DNA of 64,000 bases from Eledone cirrhosa (GCA_964016885.1 OZ024760.1:4402001-4466000), one strand, 5' to 3'; counted from the stretch's first letter, positions 34,001-47,057 are shown. The notes: generated by a model from the letters alone, not told the origin. Numbers and translations are program-made.

Positions 34001-37000
34001 TCACCACCACAACCAACACCACCACAACCAACACCACCACAACCACCAACACCACAACCAGCACCACCACAACCATCACCACCACAACAACCAGCACCAC
34101 CACAACCATCACCACCACCACAACCATCACCACCACAACCATCACCACCACCACAACCAGCACCACCACCACAACCAGCACCACCAACACAACCAGCACC
34201 GCCACAACCATCACCACCACAACCATCACCACCACCACAACTAGCACCACCACACCCATCACCACCACCACAACCATCACCACCACAACCAGCACCACCA
34301 TAACCATCACCACAGCCATCACCACCACCACAACCATCACCACCACCACAACCAGCACCACCACAACCATCATCACCACCACAACCAGCACCACCACAAC
34401 CATCACCACCACCATCACCACCACAACCATCACCACAACAACCAGCACCACCACAACCAGCACCACCACAACCAGCACCACCACAGCCATCACCACACCA
34501 CAACCAGCACCACCACAACCATCACCACCACAACCATCACCACCACAACCAGCACCACCACAACCATCACCACCACCACAACCATCACCACCACCACCAC
34601 AACCAGCACCACCACAACCATCACCACCACCACCACCACCACCACAACCATCACCACCACCACAACCATCACCACCACAACCATCACCACCACCACAACC
34701 ATCACCACCACCACCACAACCATCACCACCACCACAACCAGCACCACCACAACCATCACCACCACCACAACCAGCACCACCACAACCACCACAACCATCA
34801 CCACCACCACCACCACCACCACAATCATCACCACCACCACAACCAGCACCACCACAGCCATCACCACCACTAACAGCACCACCACAACCATCACCACCAC
34901 AACCATCGCCACCACCACAACCATCACCACCACAACCATCACCACCACCACAACCATCACCACCACAACCATCACCACCACCACAACTAGCACCACCACA
35001 ACCAGCACCACCACAACAACCAGCACCACCACAACCATCACCACCACCACAACCAGCACCACCACAACCAGCACCACCACAACAACCAGCACCACCACAG
35101 CCATCACCACCACCACCACCACCACAACCATCACCACCACCCCAACCAGCACCACCACAACCATCACCCCAACCACAACCAGCACCACCACAGCCATCAC
35201 CACCACAACCATCACCACCACCACAACCATCACCACCACCAGAACCAGCACCACCACAACCATCACCACCACAACCAGCACTACCACAACCATCACCACC
35301 ACAACCATCACCACCACAATCATCACCACCACCACAACCATCACCACCACAACCATCACCACCACCACAACCAGCACCACCACAACAACCAGCACCACCA
35401 CAACCATCACCACCACCACAACCATCACCACCACAACCATCACCACCACCACAACCAGCACCACCACAATCAGCACCACCACAACAACCATCACCACCAC
35501 AACCATCACCACCACAACCAGCACCACCACAACCATCACCACCACCACAACCAGCACCACCACAACCATCACCACCACAACCATCACCACCACAACCATC
35601 ACCACCACCACAACCAGCACCACCACAACCATCACCACCACAACCAGCACCACCACAACCATCACCACCACAACCATCACCACCACAACCATCACCACCA
35701 CCACAACCATCACCACCACAACCAACACCACCACAACCACCAACACCACAACCAGCACCACCACAACCATCACCACCACAACAACCAGCACCACCACAAC
35801 CATCACCACCACCACAACCATCACCACCACAACCATCACCACCACCACAACCAGCACCACCACCACAACCAGCACCACCAACACAACCAGCACCGCCACA
35901 ACCAGCACCACCACAACCAACACCACCACAACCATCACCACCACAACCATCACCACCACCACACCCATCACCACCACCACAACCATCACCACCACAACCA
36001 GCACCACCACCACAACCATCACCACAGCCATCACCACCACACAACCAGCACCACCACAACCATCACCACCACCACAACCATCACCACCACCACAACCAGC
36101 ACCACCACAACCATCGCCACCACAACCATCACCACCACCACAACCATCACCACCACCACAACCAGCACCACCACAACCATCACCACCACCACCACCATCA
36201 CCACCACCGAAACCACCACCACCACAACCAGCACCACCACAACCATCACCACCACCACAACCAGCACCACCACAACCAGCACCACCACAACCATCGCCAC
36301 CACAACCATCACCACCACCACCATCACCACCACCGAAACCACCACCACCACAACCAGCACCACCACAACCATCACCACCACCACAACCAGCACCACCACA
36401 ACCATCACCACCACCACAACCATCACCACCACCACCATCACCACCACAACCAGCACCACCACAACCATCACCACCACAACCATCACCACCACCACAACCA
36501 TCACCACCACCACCATCACCACCACCACAACCAGCACCACCACAACCATCACCACCACCACAACCAGCACCACCACAACCATCACCACCACCACCACCAT
36601 CACCACCACCGAAACCACCACCACCACAACCAGCACCACCACAACCATCACCACCACCACAACCATCACCACCACCGAAACCACCACCACCACAACCAGC
36701 ACCACCACAACCATCACCACCACAACCATCACCACCACCACAACCATCACCACCACAACCATCACCACCACAACCATCACCACCACCACAACCAGCACCA
36801 CCACAACCATCACCACCACAACCATCACCACCACCACAACCATCACCACCACCACCATCACCACCACCACAACCAGCACCACCACAACCATCACCACAAC
36901 CAGCACCACCACAACCATCACCACCACCACAACCATCACCACCACCACCATCACCACCACAACCAGCACCACCACAACCAGCACCACCACAACCATCACC

Positions 37001-37420
37001 ACCACCACAACCATTACCACCACCGAAACCACCACCACCACAACCAGCACCACCACAACCATCACCACCACCACAACCATCACCACCACCGAAACCACCA
37101 CCACCACAACCAGCACCACCACAACCATCACCACCACAACCATCACCACCACAACCATTACCACCACTACTATCAGCACCACCACCACAGCCACCACCTC
37201 CACCTCAGCGATCACCTCCACCACCACCACAGCCACCACAGCCACCACCTCCACCTCAGCGATCACCTCCACCACCACCACAGCCACCACCTTCACCACA
37301 GCCACCACCTCCACCTCAGCGATCACCTCCACCACAGCCACCACCTCCACCACAGCCACTACCTCCTCCACAACCACCACAAGAAATGCCATAACCACCA
37401 CACCTACAGTAACCACCACA
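8839..37420. repeat. ~28.6 kb (ACC)n-derived tandem array of 15-18 bp units ACC-ATC/AGC-(ACC)n-ACA with higher-order repeats
   Basis: The plus strand is almost all A/C. A diagnostic junction (tcaccacaccacaacc) recurs at 20545, 21480, 23402, 26101, 27042, 28949, 31642, 32583 and 34490, giving a 5541-5562 bp period. An earlier block is duplicated at a 4223 bp offset. Confidence 0.97.
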
Positions 37421-37494
37421 TTAACACACCTACATCATCATCAAGCTTTACATAAATAAATAAATTATTATTCTCATCGTTGTTGTTTTCGCGG

Positions 37495-38070
37495 CATATA
37501 GTTACAGCCCTTTACGTTCTAAGTTCAAATCCCGCCGAGGTGAGCTTTGCCTTTCATCCTTACGGGGTCGGGTCGATAAAATAAAGTACCAGTAATGCAC
37601 TGGAGTAATTGCTGGCCTTGTGCCAAAAGTAGAAACAATTATTACGCCCTTCATATTATTCCTGAACTTACCCTTTTACCCAATGTAATACCACTTCCAG
37701 CGAATTGGCAAAGTTGTTAGGACGTCAGATAGAATGCTTTGCAGTATTCGTTTCGACTTTCTACTCTCTGAGTTCAAATCTCGCCGATACAACTTTGCCA
37801 TTCATCATTTCAGGGTCGATAAAGAAAGTACCAGTCAAGTACTGAGGTCGATTCTTCCTCTATATCTCTTTCTCACTTCCATTCTCACACTCACTCCATC
37901 TCTTCTCTGGAAGAAATCTGCTGTATTCAGACCTGGAGAAAATTTTTAACATCGAATAGAATGCTTTGCGGTTTTCGGTTTGGCTCTCTGTATTCTGAGG
38001 TCAACTTTACCTTTCATCCATTCGATGTTGATAAAAAAAAGTACCAGTCAAATACTGGGGTCGATTCTTC
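37495..38070 (+). mobile_element. Three partial or degenerate SINE family 1 copies
   Basis: B-box-like gttcaaatcccgccgagg and the ctttcatcc...gtcgataaa...gtaccagt core at ~37520, ~37770 and ~38000. Confidence 0.75.
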
Positions 38071-38384
38071 CTCTATATATCTTTCTCAATTCCTCTCTCC
38101 CACTTTCTATATCCGTCTCTGGAAGAAATCTTCTATATTCAGACCTGGAGAGGAGATGGGGTCTGCCAGGTTTTAAAATTACCCTAGAAACGCTGAATAT
38201 CAATATAATGCCTCTATGATTCCCCCATGAGTTACAGGTCGATATATACATACAATGCCCCTTCTACTGATGATTGATTCCACCAATGATTCCACCAATT
38301 CATCATTGATCCCCTGTGTTTCTTCTTCTCTCACCGAATGTCCCATACGCCTTCGGCCCTTGTGGTCAATAAACATTGATTACT

Positions 38385-38775
38385 GTTAGTGTTGCAGCTG
38401 TTGTTGTTGCTGCTGTTGTTGCTTTTAATGCTGTTGTTACTTTTGTTGCTGCTGTAATTGTTGTTGTTGTTGCTATTCTTTTTATTGTTGTTGTTTCTAT
38501 TGTTATTGTTATTGTTGTTATCATTGCTTTTGTTCTTGCTGATATTGTTGTTGTTGTTGTTGTTGCCGTATTGTTATTATCGGTTTTGTTGTTGCTGTTG
38601 CTATTGTTGTTGTTGTTGTTGTTACGAATTCCTGTAAAACTTGGACCATAATTTACAGGAACAAACGAAAGGTAATCATATCTAGTCTATAAATAAATAA
38701 AGAAAGAAAGATAGAAAGAGAAAAAGAAAGAAAGAGAGAAAGAAAGAAAGAAAGACAGAAAGAAAGAAAGAAATC
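38385..38775. repeat. (TTG)n followed by (GAAA)n microsatellites
   Basis: Directly visible. Confidence 0.9.
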
Positions 38776-39174
38776 TAGCACATAGAGTATTGATTATTAT
38801 GGTCTGGGCAACAACAACAGTAGTAAAACAATATTCAGTAACAACAACACCAAACCCTCAAACAGCCAAAACTGAGAAAGCACCACCAAACCCAACCAAG
38901 CCAAGCTAAGCCTGATTTTGGAAAGGTTTGTGAGATTGTGATTGGAGGAAAGGCTTAAATTGTGAAAGACTGTGATTGGTTGGTTCAAGAAAGGAATGCC
39001 GGATGTTGAAAGACAAGGGAGCACAAATAATTAAAGGGAAATATGCCGAAGAAGTATATCTATATATATAGCTGATCAATCACTGATCAATAGCGAAATG
39101 CGCTTCACACCTCAATAAATGTAATGAAGATTTACCACCTCGTCCTTTTTATTATTTTTATTATTATTATTATA

Positions 39175-39357
39175 AGGCGGTGGATTGGCAGTATCGGCAG
39201 AACGTCAGACACCATGCTTTGCAGCATAGAGTTACGGTCTGAGTTCAAATCCCGCCGAGGTTAACTTTGCCTTTCATCCTTACGGGGTCGATAAAATAAA
39301 GTACCAGTAATGCACTGGCGTAATTGCTGGCCTTGTGCCAAAAGTAGAAACAATTAT
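39175..39357 (+). mobile_element. tRNA-derived SINE family 1, full-length
   Basis: A-box tggcagtatcgg, B-box gagttcaaatcc, conserved core gcctttcatccttacggggtcgataaaataaagtacc, tail ending in (TA)n. More than 10 copies in the window. Confidence 0.9.
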
Positions 39358-39739
39358 ATATATATATATATATATGAGTGTTAAATTTGCTTGAAGCATT
39401 ATGGAATATGAAAAAAATGGTCGTTTTTGGAAGCCTCTAAAATGCAGATGGATAAATCTCCAGGTAACACGTTCAGGTGGCAGTAGGAAGAAAGGGTATA
39501 AAGAGAACAGGAGGAAATAGGAAAAAGAAATGTTAAATGAAATGAAAACCAGAGATGAAGTTACCTTGAAATAAATTTATTGGTCCCTATATTTCGGATT
39601 TCTCTTCTCTATTCAGGTGTAGAGTCCGAAGGAAATTCGGAGGCTTGTCGGAAAAGAATCTACGTGGCCGTTTGTTGCTTATTGTCCCCAATGTCTTGAG
39701 CCCTTAAAAGGCCAATAGAAGAAATTATCATTATTAACA

Positions 39740-40264
39740 GTTATCGGTCCTTTACGATCTGTGTTAAATCCCGCCGAGGTTAGTTTTGCCTTTCATCCTT
39801 AAGACATCAATAAATTAAAGTGCCAGTAATGCACATTGGCAGTATCGGTAGCACGTAAGACACAGTTCTGTGCAGCATAGAGTTATGTCCCTTTACGTTC
39901 TGAGTTCAAATCCCACTGAGGTTAGCTTTGCCTTTTATCCTTACGCGGTCGATCAAATAAAGTACCAGTAATGCACTGCAGTCAATTTCATCGACTTTCC
40001 CCTCCCCTTCAAATTGCTGGCCTAAAGTAAAAACAATTATTAAAGAGCAGTGGATTGGCAGTATCGGTAGAGTGTCAGACACCATGCTTTGCAGCATAGG
40101 GTTATGGCCCTTTGCGTTCTGAGTTCAAATTCCGCCGCGGTTAACTTTGCCTTTCATCCTTACGAGGTCGATAAAATAAGTACCAGTAGTGCACTGAGGT
40201 CGATTTCATCGATTTTCCCTTCTCCCAAAATTGCGAGCCTTGTGCCTAAAGTAGAAACAGCTAT

Positions 40265-40265
<1 letters not shown>
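39740..40265 (+). mobile_element. Three head-to-tail SINE family 1 copies
   Basis: Repeated A-box/B-box/core at ~39740, ~39837 and ~40050; the last copy ends in (TAG)n. Confidence 0.85.
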
Positions 40266-40295
<30 letters not shown>

Positions 40296-40579
40296 TTAAT
40301 CGGGAGACAAAGGAAAAGGTATTAACAGTGAAATGGTCAAATCTTGACATAGTGACACCATTAATATTGGGTCAAGCTACTGTGGCCTTTGTCTCGCGGA
40401 GATGTTCTACATTTTCAAGCACTCCACTCAGGTACTTCCAAACTAAAAATCTGAACTTACCCCCGACGGCTTGTCACCGATTCTAATGAACTTTAAATGT
40501 TAATGTTTTGATGCGTTAGCGTAAACGACACTTGGTCAATCGATACAAAACAGGTGCGCGTTTGTAATTTAGTTATCAC

Positions 40580-40610
<31 letters not shown>

Positions 40611-40757
40611 AACGCAGGGGCGTGCGCGCGTAGACACACACATACATACACACGCAAAAAATGAATGTGTATGTATGTTTGTATGCATCATCATCATCAT
40701 CTTCGTTTAACGTCCATTTTTCACGCTAACATGGGTTAGACGGTGCATATATATATA

Positions 40758-40793
<36 letters not shown>

Positions 40794-40798
40794 ATGTG

Positions 40799-40870
<72 letters not shown>

Positions 40871-40933
40871 TACGTATGAAACTAAGTATATATATATATA
40901 TACATACAAATACTAACATATACATACATATAC

Positions 40934-41010
<77 letters not shown>

Positions 41011-41187
41011 AGTATGTGTGTGTGTACATGTTGAAGAGGTGTTCGTGTCTGAAAGATGGTAACCTTGATCTTGCCATAAAGGGTGGGAGAGATTCTTTGA
41101 AGCAAAAGAAGAACGAGATTAAAAAGGTGAGAGTGCTAGTTAGAGAGCCAATAGCCATCATGTAAATATATATATATATATAAATAT

Positions 41188-41312
41188 ATAGGAAAAGAGT
41201 CACGACCCCGACGGCTGAACTCCGGCCGCTTCGACAGCTAGATCTGAACCGTTCAGATCTAGCTGTCGAAACGGCCAGAGCTCAGCCGTCGGGGTCCTGA
41301 CTCTTTTCCTAT
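41188..41312. repeat. 125-bp near-perfect palindrome (62-bp arms, 4 mismatches) next to (TA)n
   Basis: ataggaaaagagtca...gatctgaac-c-gttcagatc...tgactcttttcctat, centred at 41250. Confidence 0.9.
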
Positions 41313-41999
41313 TACTCACTCTACTTCTCTAAGTATCGAGTACCCTGTGCGTTATGGTCCACCTGTTTCCTAACCATACTTCCTTCGTTATATATATATA
41401 TATAATGTATATGAATATATATCTATATACTCTAATTCGATATGTGTATTTCCACATTCACTCGAATTATTTTCGCGGATATAGGGGTCATCTCCCTTGT
41501 CTAATGCCATGTGCGTTTTTCACCGCTAGTTGACTCCTTTGCCGCCAGGATAAAACTCGTTGACGACGTAAACTCCATTCCACTTATTCTAGTAGGCTTT
41601 TATATTTATATGTGAGCTGATAGAGTACTGTCTAAGGATTTACAGAAACCCATGAAGCTAGATTTAACACCTTTCTAGTGGGTCCGGGTATGATTTTACA
41701 TTCATTTAAATTATTGACGTATTGTTTTATTGATATTTTTTATCTGTTTGGCCCGAATCTTCCTTTATCGATTTTAAATCGTATGGTTGATTGTAGACTT
41801 GTTCTATATGTGACGGTATTTTAACGATAGTTATAGCTCTGATTCATCTGAATTATTGAGCCCTCTGCCGCTCATATCGGATTTCGTTTTTCGTTAACTC
41901 GTGCGCCGATTTTTCGATACTCGATCTTTCTAATACATATATATATATAAATGTATGTGTGTATATATGTATATATATATATATATGTGTGTATATATG

Positions 42000-42079
<80 letters not shown>

Positions 42080-42180
42080 GTACATATATATCAGCAGTCG
42101 ATCGACTTTCGTCAAATGTTTCCATTGGTCTTTCCAATTGCTAATACTATCTATCGGTCGCAATTCCAGCTAGAAGGACT

Positions 42181-42283
42181 AACGTGAAATAAAGTGTCTT
42201 ATCCAAGGACATAACGCATCACCTGATGCGGGAATCGAACTCACAACTTCACGATTCCAATTTTCTAACCACTCAGCCACGCG
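42181..42283 (-). mobile_element. Second tRNA-derived SINE (CORE-like), 5' part
   Basis: Minus strand has A-box tggctgagtgg, B-box gagttcgattcc and a CORE-like gtccttggataagacacttt. Confidence 0.65.
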
Positions 42284-42890
42284 TTATCTTCAACTTATGT
42301 CAGCTTTACACAACTGTCTCGGTCCGATCGTTCAATATAACTGACACAGAATTATATTATTTCTTCTAGATTACTGAATTTAACATTTAAAAAGAACCTT
42401 CTTGTTTGTTGAATACACCGCTACACGTCTACACGGCTACATGGTTACACGGTTTCGTTAACATGGCCACTTTACGTATCAGACGATGCAGACGACACAT
42501 ATTTTCGCCTCTCAAAGGACAGATTATTTCACACACTGATCTTAGCTGCACAGCTATACGGCTACATGGTTACGTTAGCAAGGCCACTTTAAGCAGACGA
42601 CACATATTTTCGCCTCTCAAAGGACAGATTATTTCACACACTGACCGTTCTTACTAACACTTCAGTTTTCGGCAAACATTCCTAGCTTATCTCTTTTATA
42701 AGACAGCTACTTATACAGTCATGGTTCCGCAGAGAAAAGTCATGGACAGTTTCGCTGACGGCAAATCATACAATTTGACACAGTAACACAGTTTAGCTGA
42801 CAGACAGGCAGACAGATAGATAGACCGATAGATAGTCAGACTGACAGGAGACAGATCAACTAGACATACAGACAGACAGATCAACTAGAC

Positions 42891-42942
<52 letters not shown>

Positions 42943-43202
42943 GGACAGACAGTCTGATCAGAAAGATAGACAGAATGACTAGACTGGCAGTCAGAACAGA
43001 GACAGATATACCAGATGGAGAGACCACTGGTCTGTCAAATCTTCCCGTCCGACGGGGAGATTTGCAATAGCCTTTGGAGTGGGTGAGAGATGTGAAAATG
43101 GGTATAGCTTTCATTATGTAAAATCTCCCTATGTTGCTTCATTTCCCCCCGTGAATGTGCATTCACATGTTTACACATGTATACAACCTTTTCTTCTTTG
43201 CC

Positions 43203-43525
43203 CACTTATTCCTGAGAGGGTCGTGGGGTCAGAGTCCTCAAACACTCCTTCCAGCGGGTCCTGTCAGAAGCAACCGTCTCCAACAGATCCGGTTGGATCC
43301 CCAGGCGTAACCAGCTAGGCTCATGGATGTTATCCAACCATCTTGCTCGGTGTCTACCCCTGGGTCTTTTGCTGGTTGGTTTTGCTCGTAAAATCTGTCC
43401 AGTGATTCTTTCCTGAGACATTCTAACCACACGTCCATAATATCAGAGCTGTGATCTCTCAATTCGGCTCTACCTGCAGTGACTCTCTGATCTCCGAGCT
43501 ACGCACTTTATCTAGAAATGTTACT
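43203..43525 (-). mobile_element. RTE-type LINE 3' fragment
   Basis: Encodes an RTE C-terminus (VRMSQERI..KRPRGRHRARWLDNI..DRTRWK). Homologous copies at ~55915 and ~61935. Confidence 0.75.
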
Positions 43526-43611
43526 CCAATCCAAAGTATACAACCAATAAGGAATTATATATTAGGATGGTGTATTGTCAGATTAGTTGGAGGGGCGGTA
43601 ATTAATTATGG

Positions 43612-43765
43612 TTCTTTACGTTCTGAGTTCAAATCCCATCGAGGTCAACTTTGCCTTTCTTCGTTTCCAGGTTAATAAAATAATGTACCAGTCAAGTACT
43701 GGGGTCAATATAATCGACATTCCCTCACCACAAATTACTAACCTTGTGCCTGAATTAGCAAACCT
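43612..43765 (+). mobile_element. SINE family 1, degenerate copy
   Basis: ttctgagttcaaatccc..gaggtcaactttgcctt..gtaccagtcaagtactggggtc. Confidence 0.7.
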
Positions 43766-44339
43766 ATTATTTTTATGTAATTCTATCCTAATTCTTTATA
43801 ATGTACCCATAGTCTGCTACCCCAAGTATCGAGTACTCTGGTGAGTAATAGTCTAACCAGTTTCAAACTGAATCCAACCGGGTTTGTGACCGAAGCGACA
43901 TGGTCGGGGGCGGAGACAGAGTCCCTGATACACTGCATTATTCTAACAATTTACTTGCTTCAAACACACAGCTTAGAGTTTCCGTGTTTTTCCCTGTAAA
44001 TATATTAACATAATCAGTTGTGTGAGGGTTCGGGAGGAGATAAGTGTTTATCTCACACATAAATAAACATATTTGCACACTGTTCGTGTGTCAAAATACA
44101 GATTGGCTATGTTCAAAGGGAAATAACTCCCACAAATTTTCTTTCATATTACTTCCCTTGAAAGTTAATTTGCCGTAGTTATTTAAAGTTAATTTGAATC
44201 CTAATCAACAAACTGAAACACACACACATACACACATATATATATATATATATTAAAGAGTTAAACATCCGAAATATGTATAATAAAATGTAATTGATTA
44301 AAAGAACATCTATTTTATTAATATTTGTATTTTAATATA

Positions 44340-44402
<63 letters not shown>

Positions 44403-44465
44403 CCCCCCCCCTTTTTTTAAATGTCTTTCCACCACTCCTCCACACACCCTCGGAACACCCACTGT

Positions 44466-44500
44466 TCTCCTGATGAAGGGCTTATGCCCGAAACGTCGTC
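44466..44500 (+). ncRNA. Minimal type I hammerhead ribozyme motif (Penelope pLTR type); stem I degenerate
   Basis: CUGAUGA-A-GGGC(uuau)GCCC-GAAA-CGUC with a palindromic ACGU stem III, inside a ~190 bp segment bounded by (TA)n. Confidence 0.6.
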
Positions 44501-44737
44501 CCCCACCCCCACTCTCAAGCGTGAAACTAAAAACCATATCATTTGTACTCTCTCTCTGTTTTTTGTTCTCTGTTCATTTATTAAACTATATATATATATA
44601 TATATATAGACACATATGGTTTCACAATCATCCCGTTAAGAGTGAAAGCAGCGATTCTGTTCTTATTATAAATATATATAAATATATATAGAATAAGTAA
44701 AAGTGAAGTAGTTTCAGATGTTCAAGTCCTTTAATAA

Positions 44738-44917
44738 TAATTGTTTCTATTTTAGGTACAAGGCCAGCAATTACCCAGTACATTACTGGTACTTTATTTT
44801 ATCGACCTCGTAAGGATGAAAGGCAAAGTTAACCTCGGTGGGATTTGAACTCAGATCATAAAGGGACATAACTATGCTAGAAAGCATGGCGTCTGACCCT
44901 CTACCGATACTGCCAAT
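44738..44917 (-). mobile_element. SINE family 1, near full-length
   Basis: Reverse complement of the 39175 copy. Confidence 0.9.
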
Positions 44918-45906
44918 GCTGTGATATATATTTCAATGACGACACTGGCCACACTGTTCTGTGTGCGAGTGTCGTGACATCATCAGACAGCTTGTTACAT
45001 AATAAGGTTATGTTTCCGAGGCGATCCAAGTTGAATCGACATGGGAACGGACGAAGTGTGTGCTTTTGGGTTCTTCATCCGTTCCCCTGTGAGTACCAAT
45101 TCACCCCCACCGGTCTGCGCAGGCGCATGTCAGAAGGAAGTTGACCATTAGCTACCACCGATTTCAACGAAATTCGCTTAGTCAGTTCACCTCTCAACCA
45201 AACAATGACCCATTTAGGCCTGTACCATAGTTTACTGTACCCGTCCCGTCTGTGGCAGTCAGCCGAAAGCCAGAGGGGATGGGAGAGTGTTAGTTTTTAC
45301 AGGTCACAATACTACCTCTCACCAGGCATGGACTGACCATCAACTCCCAAGAGAAAATATACTTAATTCTAGGTATCATGGTTTTACATTGGAAGTTATG
45401 AGTGAGAGTTGGAAATGAAAATTAAAATCCTAAATCAAAAATTATAAATTAAACAATTAAAAAATTAACAATTAGAAATTAAAAAATTAGAAAATTAAAA
45501 AATTAGAAAATTAAAAAATTTTTCAAGTGAGAATCCGGATTGAGGTGAGTAAAAAAACAGATTGAAGTGAGTAAATAATATGGAGAGAGATGTTTAAGTA
45601 AGAAGTTCTGAGAGGGGTTCCAATGTCACAGTTACACTATCCACATATTGAACGATAGTGCGGTACATTAGAACAGAGGGTAAACTACAGTATTCAAGGC
45701 AGTAGTCAATCTGGTACACAGTCATAATTTCCATCACATGGAACAAAACCAAAGAAAAACAGATATAAAGTACACAAAAGAAAAGAACCAATAATGAATA
45801 AATGCAAAAACACAGAGTACATATATGCAAAATGATCCATATGATTGTCAATTTGTCAATGTATAGATTGAATTGAGGGGGCTTCTGTTCAAAAGCGATT
45901 TGGTGC

Positions 45907-45959
<53 letters not shown>

Positions 45960-47057
45960 AAAAAACAATATGGTGTAGGACAGAACAAAGCAGGGACACA
46001 AAATAACAAATCAGTCACTTGGGAGGTCATAGAATGTGTGACGAAAGAGCTTTGATAATATATAAACAAATATCCGGTTATTGAACCGACCAACCAGAAA
46101 TTTATAATAAACTAGCAGTAAAGCCCGGCGTTGCTCGGGGTCGCTCAGTAGCTGTGTTAAAGTTACAATGTTAAGTTTCTTTCTTGGCTTAAAAACTGTA
46201 GTGTCTACTGTGCAGACTTGCATGTGGTGTTTTTGATTAATATTCCCTCAACCAACAATATGCCTTATGAAGTTAAGAAAACATAACGATAACCCGAATG
46301 TTATAACAAAAGAGGATGCTGGGGATAGAAACTGCACTGGTTATTTATTAACAAAGATCGAAAATGTAAACACTGCAACGCAGAGAAAAACATTAGCGTA
46401 ACCAAATTATCAGTTATGTCTGTCTGCACGCCTATATCACCTCTCTGCACGACTGTCTGTCTGCACGCCTATATCACCTCTCTGCACGACTATCTGTCTG
46501 CACGCCTATATCACCTCTCTGCACGACTGTCTGTCTGCACGACTGTCTGTCTGCACGCCTAATGACGAAATATTTGCTTGTTTTACGTAGTCTTTAAATA
46601 GACTTGTTTTCAAGTAAAAATATTGTTTTAAAATGCTTTTAAATGGAAATGAAGCAAAACGGAAGCTTAGTGTTCGAACTGATGAATTTTGCAGGTCAAT
46701 ATTTTGCTGGCTCGACAACTGTTAAAGCCAGCGTAATTTTTTACGTAAGACGCTCAATGTAAACAGAACAAAGGGAAATAACTGATAACTTACGCTCAAA
46801 AATCGATACATTATATTCGATTTCGTCACATAGGGTGGGTCAATTTGAAATTTTTTTTTTTCCGATGTCTTCGCTAGGGCTCAATGTACAAGTATAGCAA
46901 TTTCGGTGCAATTCCGTGAGAGATTCTAAGAGGAGATGTGTGCCAAAAATCGATAGACAGGCAGACAACCACAGTTTTATATATATAGATTGAAGTGAAT
47001 ATCACCCGGTGCGTGTGTTTTTATTGGGAGCATGACCCTCCCAAAGTATAACAATAT
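45960..47057 (+). mobile_element. Family-A hammerhead-bearing short element (45960-46111 + 46990-47057) split by a Helitron
   Basis: The joined flanks match the minus-strand element at 56816-57008. The ribozyme core is mutated (CUUGGGA) but stem II and GAAAGAGCUU are retained at ~46015-46060. Confidence 0.7.
46112..46989 (-). mobile_element. Non-autonomous Helitron (878 bp)
   Basis: Minus strand begins 5'-TC and ends CTAG-3'. Subterminal hairpin CCCGAGC-aac-GCCGGG (46124-46139). Inserted between A and T with no TSD. Internal (ctgt)-rich ~34 bp tandem repeats at 46420-46560. Confidence 0.85.

Noticed and set aside
8831-37419. Very long minus-strand poly-Val/Met and Gly-Cys-Asp ORFs resembling keratin-associated or Gly-rich proteins
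   Set aside because: They are the automatic translation of (GGT)n-type repeats, lack unique domains, and switch phase at repeat junctions.
39175-39260. tRNA genes suggested by A/B boxes
   Set aside because: These are SINE heads with extended A-B spacing, followed by the SINE core and tail; no cloverleaf.
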